DNA from: a virus
Taxonomy: Duplodnaviria > Caudoviricetes
Direction: 5' to 3' (one strand)
DNA length: 34,525 nucleotides
IMG/VR virus record: IMGVR_UViG_3300030095_005611
Location: 1 to 34,525 of that record
Under the pieces are notes generated by a model that was not told the DNA's origin, searched no databases, and worked only from the letters and a program-made list of their open reading frames with translations. Positions within the stretch are counted from its first letter, which is position 1, and each line of letters starts with the position of its first letter. A program made the position numbers and the translations under genes. Shown piece by piece: positions 7,080 through 16,204 of this stretch.

Positions 7080-7232
7080 TTAAGCTACCTTCTTTTTTTG
7101 AGTTTCATAATATAGCTCAATCAACATTTCCAGCTGTGCGCTAGGTGATCTTTTCTCTTTCTTACATATTTTTTTAAACTTTTCGTTTACAGTCTTGCGG
7201 ATCGCAACACTTTTCCATTCGTTTGTATCCAT
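7080..7232 (-). CDS. Small ribbon-helix-helix-like DNA-binding protein, 50 aa
   Basis: Below the ORF-track cutoff; MDTNEWKSVAIRKTVNEKFKKICKKEKRSPSAQLEMLIELYYETQKKKVA, AGGAG SD, strand-helix-helix pattern. Confidence 0.75.
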   Translation of the reverse strand: MDTNEWKSVAIRKTVNEKFKKICKKEKRSPSAQLEMLIELYYETQKKKVA

Positions 7233-7301
7233 AACAATCTCCTAAATTAAATTAAAGTAATAAATAATTGTTATTCGTCTTCCGTGATTCTATTTTTTGT
7301 T

Positions 7302-7397
7302 TTAATAAAAAAAATTATAAAAAACTAAACCTAAAATTCCCAAAATTAATTTAGGGAACATAATACATATTATTAAAGGTATAATGATCCAGTACAT
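7302..7397 (-). CDS. Possible 31-aa hydrophobic membrane peptide
   Basis: MYWIIIPLIICIMFPKLILGILGLVFYNFFY, TAATG-coupled to the upstream gene. Confidence 0.45.
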   Translation of the reverse strand: MYWIIIPLIICIMFPKLILGILGLVFYNFFY

Positions 7398-7702
7398 TAC
7401 TGTAATTTACCTAAAATTTCTTGCATATCTTTTTTCAAACTGTCAATGTCAACACCTTTGTCTTTAGCTGTCTCTAAACGCATTATTTCGTGTTGAGTGT
7501 TGTTAGTTTCTTTGTGATATTTCATGTAAGTGCTTAACCATTCCACCATCATTTGTAAAACATCAACATATTGCATCAGATCCAATAACTTTACTCCAGC
7601 TTCACTGTTGTATTTTTCTTGTATCTCTTTTATATCACTAGAGGCTTTTCTAGCAGTTTTCCTTAGATCCTCTAACGCTTTTTCAAAATCTTGATTTGTC
7701 AT
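7397..7702 (-). CDS. Hypothetical helical protein, 101 aa
   Basis: ORF with GAGG SD, in operon. Confidence 0.75.
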   Translation of the reverse strand: MTNQDFEKALEDLRKTARKASSDIKEIQEKYNSEAGVKLLDLMQYVDVLQMMVEWLSTYMKYHKETNNTQHEIMRLETAKDKGVDIDSLKKDMQEILGKLQ

Positions 7703-7709
7703 ATCTACC

Positions 7710-8018
7710 TCAATTAGTTAATTTTTCCGCATGTGTAATATCTTTTTCATCCGTGTAAAACTTAACAACATCATGCAATTTTAAATTATCGCTATGTGCT
7801 GGTTCGTTTTCTAACAAACCAATGCCTTTTTTACGATCGCCTTTTGTAATTTGCACCCACATTTTTTCATGTACACCGTCTGGAGCCTGTGGAAAATAAC
7901 AATAAATATAATCTTTAGTTACCTTAGGATTGTTTTTAATTGTAAAATACAATTCTTCCCCATGATCTGGACAAGTGTAGACAATGTTCGGATCTTCTTT
8001 TTTTATACCTGCACTCAT
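7710..8018 (-). CDS. Hypothetical protein, DUF2314-like
   Basis: EKMWV.I...G.G.L.N.P...LKL.D.V.F pattern; ATGA overlap at 8015-8018. Confidence 0.65.
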   Translation of the reverse strand: MSAGIKKEDPNIVYTCPDHGEELYFTIKNNPKVTKDYIYCYFPQAPDGVHEKMWVQITKGDRKKGIGLLENEPAHSDNLKLHDVVKFYTDEKDITHAEKLTN

Positions 8019-8239
8019 TTTATACTCCATTCATCTAAAGATATGTCGCTTTTAACCTGTATTTCACACCACCACCAGTCAGTTGGCTTTTCATCATGAA
8101 CTACTACATATATGTTTTCAGGACACTTGTTTAACCAACTTTGAAAGTTGTCTATCCTTGTTTGTTTGTCCTCTAACTCTTCTTGTTCTTGTAGCTCCAA
8201 CTCATGTGCATAATTTGCTTCACTTATATCTTCTGCCAT
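8015..8239 (-). CDS. Acidic hypothetical protein, 74 aa
   Basis: ORF with GAGG SD. Confidence 0.7.
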   Translation of the reverse strand: MAEDISEANYAHELELQEQEELEDKQTRIDNFQSWLNKCPENIYVVVHDEKPTDWWWCEIQVKSDISLDEWSIK

Positions 8240-8267
8240 TTTTAATTCCTCGTTTAGTTAATAAACA

Positions 8268-8388
8268 TAAGGCCTCGTTTTTCGCATTTACAGCTTAGGT
8301 GAGTCGCGTTTCCGTCTATACGCTTTCACTCACTACCTTAATCAGACCATCATCTTACCTAGTGAAATTCAAACTCACGCTCGGTAAA
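8268..8388 (-). ncRNA. Candidate structured RNA in intergenic region
   Basis: Nested helices UAAGGU/GCCUUA, GUGAGU/ACUCAC, GCGU/ACGC, plus an upstream UUACC/GGUAA hairpin. Confidence 0.4.
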
Positions 8389-8393
8389 ATTTT

Positions 8394-8780
8394 TTACTTT
8401 ACTCCAATAAAAGGAGCAACTCTTGAGTTCACAAAATCCAATGCTTTATTAAAATCATCAGTCCAAAACCATACAGTAGATGTTGAATAATTATGCAACT
8501 CACCTATATTAAATCCATCATCAGTTTCACCGATCCAGATTTGCCATCCTTTATATGCAAATGAAGGATATTCATCACCTGTCCATGAACTGTTTTTCCA
8601 TGTTTCAGGAATATCTAAATCAGCATAATTTTCTTCCCATCCTTCAAACATACTAAAACCTTTATTAGCTAATAATGTGTTGTAATAAATTTGCTTTGAT
8701 TCTTCTCTTTTAAGTCGTTTGAGAAGCTGATCCGTTCTTGCTATTTCTTTTTCGTAATCTTTTTTTACTTTAATTATCAT
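8394..8780 (-). CDS. Hypothetical protein, 128 aa (W..SSW..D..PSF motif)
   Basis: ORF directly after a strong promoter. Confidence 0.8.
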   Translation of the reverse strand: MIIKVKKDYEKEIARTDQLLKRLKREESKQIYYNTLLANKGFSMFEGWEENYADLDIPETWKNSSWTGDEYPSFAYKGWQIWIGETDDGFNIGELHNYSTSTVWFWTDDFNKALDFVNSRVAPFIGVK

Positions 8781-8815
8781 TTTTATGTCTCGCTTTGTAG
8801 TTATAATGTAAGTAA

Positions 8816-8844
8816 AATATATGATATTTTATGGGATATGTCAA
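8816..8844 (-). promoter_or_regulatory. Near-consensus sigma70 early promoter with ATGGGATA box in the spacer
   Basis: TTGACA-17 nt-TATATT. Confidence 0.8.
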
Positions 8845-8874
8845 CAGAAATAATAGAATGTCCTATAATTGAGG

Positions 8875-9687
8875 CTAATTACCGCACATTCCTTCACATT
8901 CATCATCAAAACTAAATGAAAATTGATTGTCTTCCTCGTGAAAATCTATTTCATCAATGGGTTTACAGTCACCATGCAAATATAAAGTTCCTTTCAAAGG
9001 TAATGTACCCTTGTAACTTCTTAACATATGATCCATTTTGACAACTTCTTCCCACTCTTCTTTGTCTTTTTTGACTCGGATCCACTCTTTATTTGAATGA
9101 TATGGACAAAAAGTACAAGCGCTTCTGGGTGGTTCAGGATAATTATTTTTTTTCATCCAATCAAAACATTGTAATCTTGATATGTCTTTTTCAATTAAAG
9201 GATATACATTGGTAATATATTTTAGTGGGTTCGATTTAATTCTTTGCATTTCATCTGTTGAAATACCCATAATATTTTCAACTTTCCACTTTTTAAGATC
9301 CACTCTCTGCCCTTTACTGTAACCCATCAATGCTCTAGTTTTTATTACCACAGGTTTTATTTTGTAATCCGCTGTACATTGACGCATTAAAATACCTTTT
9401 TTGCCTGTATCAGGGTTTACTGTATAAAATGGTGCAGCAAATCCTTTATATTTGCCTTGTGAGGCGTTTAGTATGTCTTCTTTTAAATTTCTCCATGTAA
9501 CTCTGTGAACCGGATAAGATAATTGTTTTTCCAACCAGTCTAGATGTTTATAAACTTCTTTTGGTTCTCCGCCTGTATCTGCAAAGATTGCGCAATCCAC
9601 CATTGGTATTTCACCTTTTTCAATCATCAAAGCTAATGTGGTGCTTTGCACTCCAGCACCTAAAGATAGAACTCTTAAAGTTTTCAT
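8875..9687 (-). CDS. PP-loop (PAPS-reductase/DndC-like) protein, paralog 1
   Basis: LSLGAGVQS, AIFADT..EP, RQCT..YKI.P, GISTDE, PRSACTFCPY, terminal ECEGMCG; ATGA-coupled to the DNA polymerase. Confidence 0.8.
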   Translation of the reverse strand: MKTLRVLSLGAGVQSTTLALMIEKGEIPMVDCAIFADTGGEPKEVYKHLDWLEKQLSYPVHRVTWRNLKEDILNASQGKYKGFAAPFYTVNPDTGKKGILMRQCTADYKIKPVVIKTRALMGYSKGQRVDLKKWKVENIMGISTDEMQRIKSNPLKYITNVYPLIEKDISRLQCFDWMKKNNYPEPPRSACTFCPYHSNKEWIRVKKDKEEWEEVVKMDHMLRSYKGTLPLKGTLYLHGDCKPIDEIDFHEEDNQFSFSFDDECEGMCGN

Positions 9688-11552
9688 AACGCTTCTCCAA
9701 AATCTTTTCCTAGAGCCACATCTACTAGACTAGGAACTTTTAATTCAATGCACTTTTCCATAGTATTTTTAATGATTTCAACATCTTTTTCATCTTTAAT
9801 ACTAAAACAAAGTTCATCATGTATTTGTAACATAGGTAAATAACCCAATTTGTAACAATCCACTACGGCTTGTTTAGTCTGATCTGCTGCGCTGCCCTGG
9901 ATTAAACGATTGAGTGCTTTGTAAGTAAAAGCACGCTTAATGTTATCAGCACCGTATTTAGCCGAAGCATTTTCAAATCGCTCCGCTGTGTGTATTCCGA
10001 AATCTTTTGGTTCCCACATATCAAAACGACATTTACGGCCCAATTTTGTGCGAATTACGCCCTCTGAGGACGCTTTCTGCATACATTTATCGGACAATGC
10101 CTTCACAAATGGCGCTTTGGTGTTGTATTTACCTATTAAATTGTGTGCTTCATCAGTATCTACCCCCAACATCGTGGCTAATTTGTTCTTACCCATACCA
10201 TACATCAGCCCTAAACCTATGGTTTTAGCTTGTTTACGCTCTATACCGATCAAATCTGCCACTGTTTGATGAAAGTCAGCATCAGCGTTAGCATATGCTT
10301 CAACCAATTCTTGAGATCCTTCATAGCCTTCGCCAATAGATGCAGCGTAGTGCACCACGAGTCGTGGTTCTTGTTGCGAGTAGTCAAAGCTACCCCACTG
10401 GCAACCTTCTTCCGGTAAAAACAAACCTCTAATCAGTGGTCCAAACTCTTTTGATCTTGCCGGTAATTGTTGCAGGTTCGGATGTGACATAGATAAGCGA
10501 CCACTTATGGTGCCACCTCGATCATTTTTAATCTGTCTTATTTCTGCGTGTATACGACCTTTATGTTCAAATCTCATAATTGAGTTTAAAAAAGTGTTAT
10601 GGAATTTGTTGATCTCTCTTGCTTGAACAATATACTTACTAATTTCTTCTTTACTGTTCATTAACCAATTTTGTGTAAAGCTAGGTTCATCGGTCTTGGT
10701 TCGTGGATATTCAATACCTAACTTATCAAACGCATGACCAATCTGCCTTGCTGCCCAAATATCCACGTCTTGACCAACTAATTTTTTAATCTTATTCAAC
10801 AATGCTTTTTCTTGTTTAACAAAGTCAACCTGCAATTTTTCACATTTTTCTGTGTCTACACGGATGCCCTGAGCTCTCATTTTTATGGTAATGGGTAACA
10901 ATTCTTTTTCTAGCTGCCAGATTGTTTCTAAATTCTGATTATATAGTTCCGGTTTAAATCTTTGATACAACTGAAACGTGAGCCGTGCATCTTGTTCCGC
11001 ATAAAACCCAACATGCTCTGCTGGTAGTTTCCACATCTCACCTTTCGGATCTACTCCGTGCTGTTGTGCAGCTTCAACCAGTTCTGTTTCTGCTTTAAGC
11101 TCGCCTAGGTATTCTTTTGACAGTGCATTTAAACTTTGGCTAAAACGGTTCTCATCTAGCAAAGCGCCAATAACCATGGTATCTACAATCTCACCCTTTA
11201 CTTCAATACCCATTGACCACAGCCATCCAACATCGTATTGCGCATTATGAAATATTTTTCTAGCAGGTAACGAACATACATCCTTCATATATTTAATCAC
11301 TTGTTCTTTAATTAAGTTACCACCACCAAAATGTGCAAACGGAAAATACCCTTGCCAACCTTCAACTGCGACTGCAAAGCCAATGACTTCACCGTGGTTC
11401 GTGGCCCAACCTGCACCAAGACCTGCATTTAATCCTTCATCTCTTGTTTCTAAATCTATTGCTATTTCGTCATATTGTGACAGATCCTTATATTCACTTG
11501 GCGCAGACCAAATGTTCTTTTTAAAACTAAAAGTCATTTGTAAGTTAGACAT
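9684..11552 (-). CDS. polA: Family A DNA polymerase with 3'-5' exonuclease domain
   Basis: Exo motifs DLET, HNAQYD, YAEQDA; motif A DYSQQEPR, motif B RKQAKTIGLGLMYG, motif C QIHDEL; start 11552 has AGGAG SD. Confidence 0.97.
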   Translation of the reverse strand: MSNLQMTFSFKKNIWSAPSEYKDLSQYDEIAIDLETRDEGLNAGLGAGWATNHGEVIGFAVAVEGWQGYFPFAHFGGGNLIKEQVIKYMKDVCSLPARKIFHNAQYDVGWLWSMGIEVKGEIVDTMVIGALLDENRFSQSLNALSKEYLGELKAETELVEAAQQHGVDPKGEMWKLPAEHVGFYAEQDARLTFQLYQRFKPELYNQNLETIWQLEKELLPITIKMRAQGIRVDTEKCEKLQVDFVKQEKALLNKIKKLVGQDVDIWAARQIGHAFDKLGIEYPRTKTDEPSFTQNWLMNSKEEISKYIVQAREINKFHNTFLNSIMRFEHKGRIHAEIRQIKNDRGGTISGRLSMSHPNLQQLPARSKEFGPLIRGLFLPEEGCQWGSFDYSQQEPRLVVHYAASIGEGYEGSQELVEAYANADADFHQTVADLIGIERKQAKTIGLGLMYGMGKNKLATMLGVDTDEAHNLIGKYNTKAPFVKALSDKCMQKASSEGVIRTKLGRKCRFDMWEPKDFGIHTAERFENASAKYGADNIKRAFTYKALNRLIQGSAADQTKQAVVDCYKLGYLPMLQIHDELCFSIKDEKDVEIIKNTMEKCIELKVPSLVDVALGKDFGEAL

Positions 11553-13161
11553 CTTCTTTCTCCTGTATATAGACAAAATAATCTTCCCCAATAGGATAAT
11601 TATATCTGTAATCCGTTGATAAAATATGCAAAGTATCTTTTGCTCTAGTAACTCCTGTATAAAAAACTCTTCTTTCGTCAGACTGTTCGTCTACATTTTT
11701 ATGTGCATACGATGACGGATAGTTTCCTTTGGAACATAACAACACATTGTTTGCTTCGCCTCCTTTAACTGAATGTATTGTGTCTATAATGATGTCAGGT
11801 TCAGCATCTAACGATGACTGGCCGTAACGTTGTAAGATTCTTTTAAAATATAAAACCTGTGGTTCTTTAAAATTTCTCTTTAAAATGTCAAACCAAGGTA
11901 AAAACTGTTCTTCTGGTTTTAAATCAAGCCCACAATAATCCACTAAGTCTTCAAACAATAACTCTGTATAATTATCTGTCTTTAACCAAAATTTTTGAGT
12001 ACGAAAATCAGGATCTTTTAATTCCCTAATGTATTTGTACATGTGCTCTGCTTCTTTATTTGTTATGGATTTTTTGTTGCTTAATTTAGTCCAACTTTTA
12101 ATTGCGTTCCACTGTCTTTTATCAAAAGACTTATTGCCTTTATTATCTGAGTAATATAAACCTGAATTTTTAGCAAAACCTCTTAATTCATTTACCACTG
12201 TGTTAACTCTTCCAAGTATGTACCAAGTGCCCGGTATTTCTCCAATTGGTATCTCATTAAAATTTAAATATCTTTTAACTATTCCATCTTTGTCTTCATG
12301 ATCATATTCTTTTTCAACGCTATCTAGTATACCACTTCTTATAACTTGTGAAAAATCATGTATTTCTTTACCAAACCTTCTAGTCTTTCTTAAAATAACT
12401 TTGCGACCAGGAAAGTAAGTTGTAAAGTATTTTGGATCTGCTCCGTTCCAACGATAGATACCTTGATCATCATCACCTGCTAAATAAATACGCTCCACAT
12501 TGTCTACCATTTTATAAATAACCGACCATTGTAACGGTGTAAAGTCTTGTGCTTCATCTAATATTAACACTTTCAATGGTGGAAAATTGACTTCATCAAT
12601 TGCTCTCATAATCATGTCAGTAAAGTCTATAAAAGAATTTTTTTTATAGTGTTCGTATGTTGCAATCTTTCTAAAATAAACATCAAGAGAGTCTTTTTGA
12701 TAAGACTCTAGCTTCCAAACTAATTCTGGGTCAAGCATCATGTTGCGTGCTTTATCATACACACCTAGTGACCAATCTTTATACATGTAATTGTCATCGG
12801 CTAATCTTTCATCAGAACTTTTTAATATGTTTGCGTTTAAAGCATAATCTAACATACAGTTTTTAGGATCAAATACTTCTTCATCAAAATATTGCCGACA
12901 ATATTTGTGTAAAGTTTTAAACCTAGCAAAATCTTCTACGTCAAAATTTGGAAAAGCTTTAATGGCTCTCTCTATCGCTGTGTTTACCGCTTTGTTAGTA
13001 AAGGATATAAAGGCTATATCACTAGGATGTACATTTTTATTAAGATAACCTTTCAACACTCGTTCTATTAAAGTGTAAGTCTTACCTGTCCCTGGAGGAC
13101 CAAAAATCTTTATAGTTTTTCTATGTAGATTTTTTGTTTTCTGGTTTTCTAAATTTGTCAT
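11545..13161 (-). CDS. UvrD/Rep-like superfamily 1 helicase
   Basis: GPPGTGKT, SFTNKA, ILDEAQD, AGDDDQGIY, TIHSVKGGEA, YTGVTRAK; start 13161 or 13182. Confidence 0.93.
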   Translation of the reverse strand: MTNLENQKTKNLHRKTIKIFGPPGTGKTYTLIERVLKGYLNKNVHPSDIAFISFTNKAVNTAIERAIKAFPNFDVEDFARFKTLHKYCRQYFDEEVFDPKNCMLDYALNANILKSSDERLADDNYMYKDWSLGVYDKARNMMLDPELVWKLESYQKDSLDVYFRKIATYEHYKKNSFIDFTDMIMRAIDEVNFPPLKVLILDEAQDFTPLQWSVIYKMVDNVERIYLAGDDDQGIYRWNGADPKYFTTYFPGRKVILRKTRRFGKEIHDFSQVIRSGILDSVEKEYDHEDKDGIVKRYLNFNEIPIGEIPGTWYILGRVNTVVNELRGFAKNSGLYYSDNKGNKSFDKRQWNAIKSWTKLSNKKSITNKEAEHMYKYIRELKDPDFRTQKFWLKTDNYTELLFEDLVDYCGLDLKPEEQFLPWFDILKRNFKEPQVLYFKRILQRYGQSSLDAEPDIIIDTIHSVKGGEANNVLLCSKGNYPSSYAHKNVDEQSDERRVFYTGVTRAKDTLHILSTDYRYNYPIGEDYFVYIQEKEDV

Positions 13162-14713
13162 GATATGCTTCGTCCATTTCACTAGCAGTGTCTTTCATTA
13201 TTGGTTTTGCTTTTCTATAACTTACAAATTCAGGCATCTCTACCGACCATATATTTCTTTTATCTGACTTAGGTACATCAGTATGCCCAGTTAAATAATC
13301 AGAATGAGAACAACCTAACATTTTTAAAGCTTGTGATGCGCTCTTAAACAAACCATTATTCTTTTTTGCTAAAAACTTTTCCAATGTTTCTTTCTTGAAA
13401 TAACACATATTAGTTTTAGAATCTATAACAACATAGTTGTCTTTTAATTTATCAAATTTATCTTGTTCTATATGTGCCTCAAAGAAATCTTTAAGTAAAC
13501 CATATTTCTTTTCTTCTACAGTATCTTGATACAAATGTCTTTTATCTTCTACTGCGCTTTCTACTAATCTTTGCATTAATAGATCAAATGGGTTTGGACC
13601 TTTTCTTGATGGTTTAAGTTCCATCCAATATATTTGTTCGTATGCAAGCCTAACCTTAAATGATTTTTGATCTTTTATATCTTCAGGTGTTACGGTAATA
13701 TCTTTACCTCTAAATTTAAAATTATATTCCATAGTTTTTATACCCTTAACAAAAGTAATTTCATCAAAGTCATCTATTATTTCAGGAACCGCTTCACCGA
13801 TACCTAATCTTCTTTGTTGACACAATTCTTTATTGCATATTGGTTGTAATTCTGGATGTTTAGGAGGGCACTGGTAATCATAATTACCCTTATGCACTGA
13901 CTTACATAAATTTATAACTTCGTTTTGACCTAAAGGGTTACTAAAAATCTGAGTATTTCTTTGTATGCCTATGTCTTGAATTTGTTGAACGGTAAGAGCA
14001 GTATTCTTTTTGCTCTCTAAAACTAAAATGTTAAATAAATAATTATTTCTATTATTGCCTGCCCAACCTTCTTGAATGAGTTTTTGAGCACATGGCGGGT
14101 AATGTCGCCACTCTGATTCAACGTCATATTCCTGAACTTTATAATTGTAAAATTCTTCAGGATCTATTTTTTTCTGTTCAGCAAGTTTTATAAAACGACC
14201 AACCAATAATGCTCTATTGTTATCATCATAAGCATGTTCCATAGTTGCTTCTTGATCGTTATAAGGCATATTAAGCATTTTGTTACATGGAAATACTTCT
14301 TGTGCTTGAAAGTATTCATTGTTTATCTTAGCTAGAACTTTTGAAACTTTGTTTGCATCTGCCCATTCTGTAAAAAATACAAAAATATGTAATCCACCTG
14401 ACTTTGATTTAACTGCTATCAAAGGAAGATTAAATTTTTTTATAATGTCTACATATTTCTTAGCTGAAAAAGATGTATAGCTGTGAGGATCAACATCAAT
14501 GCAACCCCAAACACACTTACCGTCTAACTCTGGTTTTAAGCCTATGCGGATCTTACCGTCTAAGTGCTCTTGCCATAGTTCAGGTGTCAGTGGTTCGTGG
14601 ACCGTTTGATAGTCTGTACCTTTCTTACCCCTCTCGTCGTCCTTGCCGGTAAGCAAGGACTTGAGGTAGCGGGTATTGTCACCCGCAAAAAGTGTAAACA
14701 ATTTTTTGTGCAT
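13121..14713 (-). CDS. Archaeo-eukaryotic-type primase (AEP) with Cys-containing accessory domain
   Basis: WGCIDVD (DxD), KSKSGGLHIF (SxxGxH), then PPC...NRNNYLF...YQC...PIC..ELC. Confidence 0.8.
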   Translation of the reverse strand: MHKKLFTLFAGDNTRYLKSLLTGKDDERGKKGTDYQTVHEPLTPELWQEHLDGKIRIGLKPELDGKCVWGCIDVDPHSYTSFSAKKYVDIIKKFNLPLIAVKSKSGGLHIFVFFTEWADANKVSKVLAKINNEYFQAQEVFPCNKMLNMPYNDQEATMEHAYDDNNRALLVGRFIKLAEQKKIDPEEFYNYKVQEYDVESEWRHYPPCAQKLIQEGWAGNNRNNYLFNILVLESKKNTALTVQQIQDIGIQRNTQIFSNPLGQNEVINLCKSVHKGNYDYQCPPKHPELQPICNKELCQQRRLGIGEAVPEIIDDFDEITFVKGIKTMEYNFKFRGKDITVTPEDIKDQKSFKVRLAYEQIYWMELKPSRKGPNPFDLLMQRLVESAVEDKRHLYQDTVEEKKYGLLKDFFEAHIEQDKFDKLKDNYVVIDSKTNMCYFKKETLEKFLAKKNNGLFKSASQALKMLGCSHSDYLTGHTDVPKSDKRNIWSVEMPEFVSYRKAKPIMKDTASEMDEAYHDKFRKPENKKST

Positions 14714-14716
14714 GAC

Positions 14717-15538
14717 TTAAAAAACGTCTGTTTCTTTAGCTTCAATTAAAGCTACCGCTGTGCCTTCAGGGTTGCTTGAAGTCATGTCCCAATTTTGAAA
14801 ATCTTCATATGCTTTTTTACCAGTCATATAAATTTCAACTTCTTTTGGGTTTTTTGAATCAATCACACGATCAAAGTCAACAGAAAAATTAAAGTATAAA
14901 TCACCGGCTTTTGATTTTTCTGCTTTTGAACCTAAATTGTATATTTGACCAAAACTTGCTGGTGTATATGTTCCAGAACCATCTGCTTTAGGTTGTTTCT
15001 GGTTTTTAATACAAGTGTTCCAAAATTTAGATACTTTTTTCTTAGATATTGCCATAGGAATTATAGCTTTACCTACAAGATTGTAATCGTCATCTAGTAA
15101 CATAATAAAATGATTGCCAGTATCTTCAATTACGCGATATTGATCCGACTTCAAAATATCTTTTGTACCTTGTTTTACAGTAAGGTGCATAATATTTTCA
15201 ATGTGCACAATCGGCGCAGGTAGTTTAGATTCTGCTGGAGCTTCTCTGGTGCTCCATTCATTCCAAGTATTTGCATAATAGACTTGAATAGCTTTAACAC
15301 CATCCTCGCCTTTAAATACTTGACCTGTAGATTCAATATACAAATCGCCAGGTTCTGCGTTTGGAATATACTTTTCAGAACCTTTTTTGGTTTCGTCACT
15401 ACTGCTTTGTAGTAATTTCATGTAAGGAACTTTAAGATCAGAATTTTTTATTTCTTCTAATCCAGCTCCAGCATCATCTTCAAGATTGATGACATTTGTA
15501 GTTACTTTTGTTTCGTCTTTCTTTGCTACTTTACTCAT
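14717..15538 (-). CDS. Probable single-stranded DNA-binding protein
   Basis: Position in the replication module; DL..P..KLLQ..S pattern; acidic/aromatic C-terminus ETDVF. Confidence 0.6.
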   Translation of the reverse strand: MSKVAKKDETKVTTNVINLEDDAGAGLEEIKNSDLKVPYMKLLQSSSDETKKGSEKYIPNAEPGDLYIESTGQVFKGEDGVKAIQVYYANTWNEWSTREAPAESKLPAPIVHIENIMHLTVKQGTKDILKSDQYRVIEDTGNHFIMLLDDDYNLVGKAIIPMAISKKKVSKFWNTCIKNQKQPKADGSGTYTPASFGQIYNLGSKAEKSKAGDLYFNFSVDFDRVIDSKNPKEVEIYMTGKKAYEDFQNWDMTSSNPEGTAVALIEAKETDVF

Positions 15539-15540
15539 AA

Positions 15541-16104
15541 TTATTTCTCCGGTAATGTTAATTTAGTTTTCTTACATTGATAAACACCTAAAAGATCAAG
15601 GTCCACTGAACGCCCGTTGCCAATTTCCTCACGCACATAAGCACTCAAAGTTTGTGTGTGTACACCTTGTTTTTGTTTACAGTTCATATTTCTTTGTTGT
15701 AAATCTTCCACGAAGTTTTGTGCTTCCAAATCTTCATTTGTATCAAAATCTACAGAAACTGTATTCTTTATCAAATGCCCAGCACCGTTATCACGAAGCC
15801 AATTTAATGCTTCATCTTGATTAGATGCTTTGATTCTAGCTGTTATAAAATCAGCAACTTTAACACGAGCACCACCGTACTCTTCTGTGCACTTAAAGTC
15901 ATCCATTCCAGCCGCTTGCATTGCCTCAGGTATTGATATTTCAGAAAGCTCTCTTTCAAGGTTTTTCAGTTCCTTTGTTTGTTCTTCAATCCGTTGAATT
16001 TCTTTCTGAGTATCTAATAGTCTTTGGCAAAGTTGTCCGATCGCATTAGTTTTTGATGGGTCTACATCTATGCTAATATTCACGGAGTCTTTTTCTAAGT
16101 CCAT
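15541..16104 (-). CDS. Conserved-type replication-module protein (coiled coil + WLRDNG.G.LIK...VH.QTL.AYVRE)
   Basis: First gene behind the leftward promoter; ATG 16104 has GGAG SD (16116 is an alternative start). Confidence 0.8.
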   Translation of the reverse strand: MDLEKDSVNISIDVDPSKTNAIGQLCQRLLDTQKEIQRIEEQTKELKNLERELSEISIPEAMQAAGMDDFKCTEEYGGARVKVADFITARIKASNQDEALNWLRDNGAGHLIKNTVSVDFDTNEDLEAQNFVEDLQQRNMNCKQKQGVHTQTLSAYVREEIGNGRSVDLDLLGVYQCKKTKLTLPEK

Positions 16105-16133
16105 ATTACTCTCCATTTATTGAATGAGGTTAC

Positions 16134-16179
16134 AGAATAATAATTGTTACTTGTAATGTCAACTAAAAAATCATATTAT
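16134..16179. promoter_or_regulatory. Overlapping divergent sigma70 promoters
   Basis: Minus: TTGACA(16162-16157)-17-TATTCT(16139-16134). Plus: TTGTAA(16151-16156)-17-TATTAT(16174-16179), followed by ATGGGATA. Confidence 0.75.
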
Positions 16180-16204
16180 ATGGGATAATTATGGAGATAA
16201 ATTA

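Noticed and set aside
8875-9687. cysH auxiliary metabolic gene call
   Set aside because: Only fold-level similarity is evident; the Cys pattern, duplication and coupling to the DNA polymerase do not support sulfate assimilation
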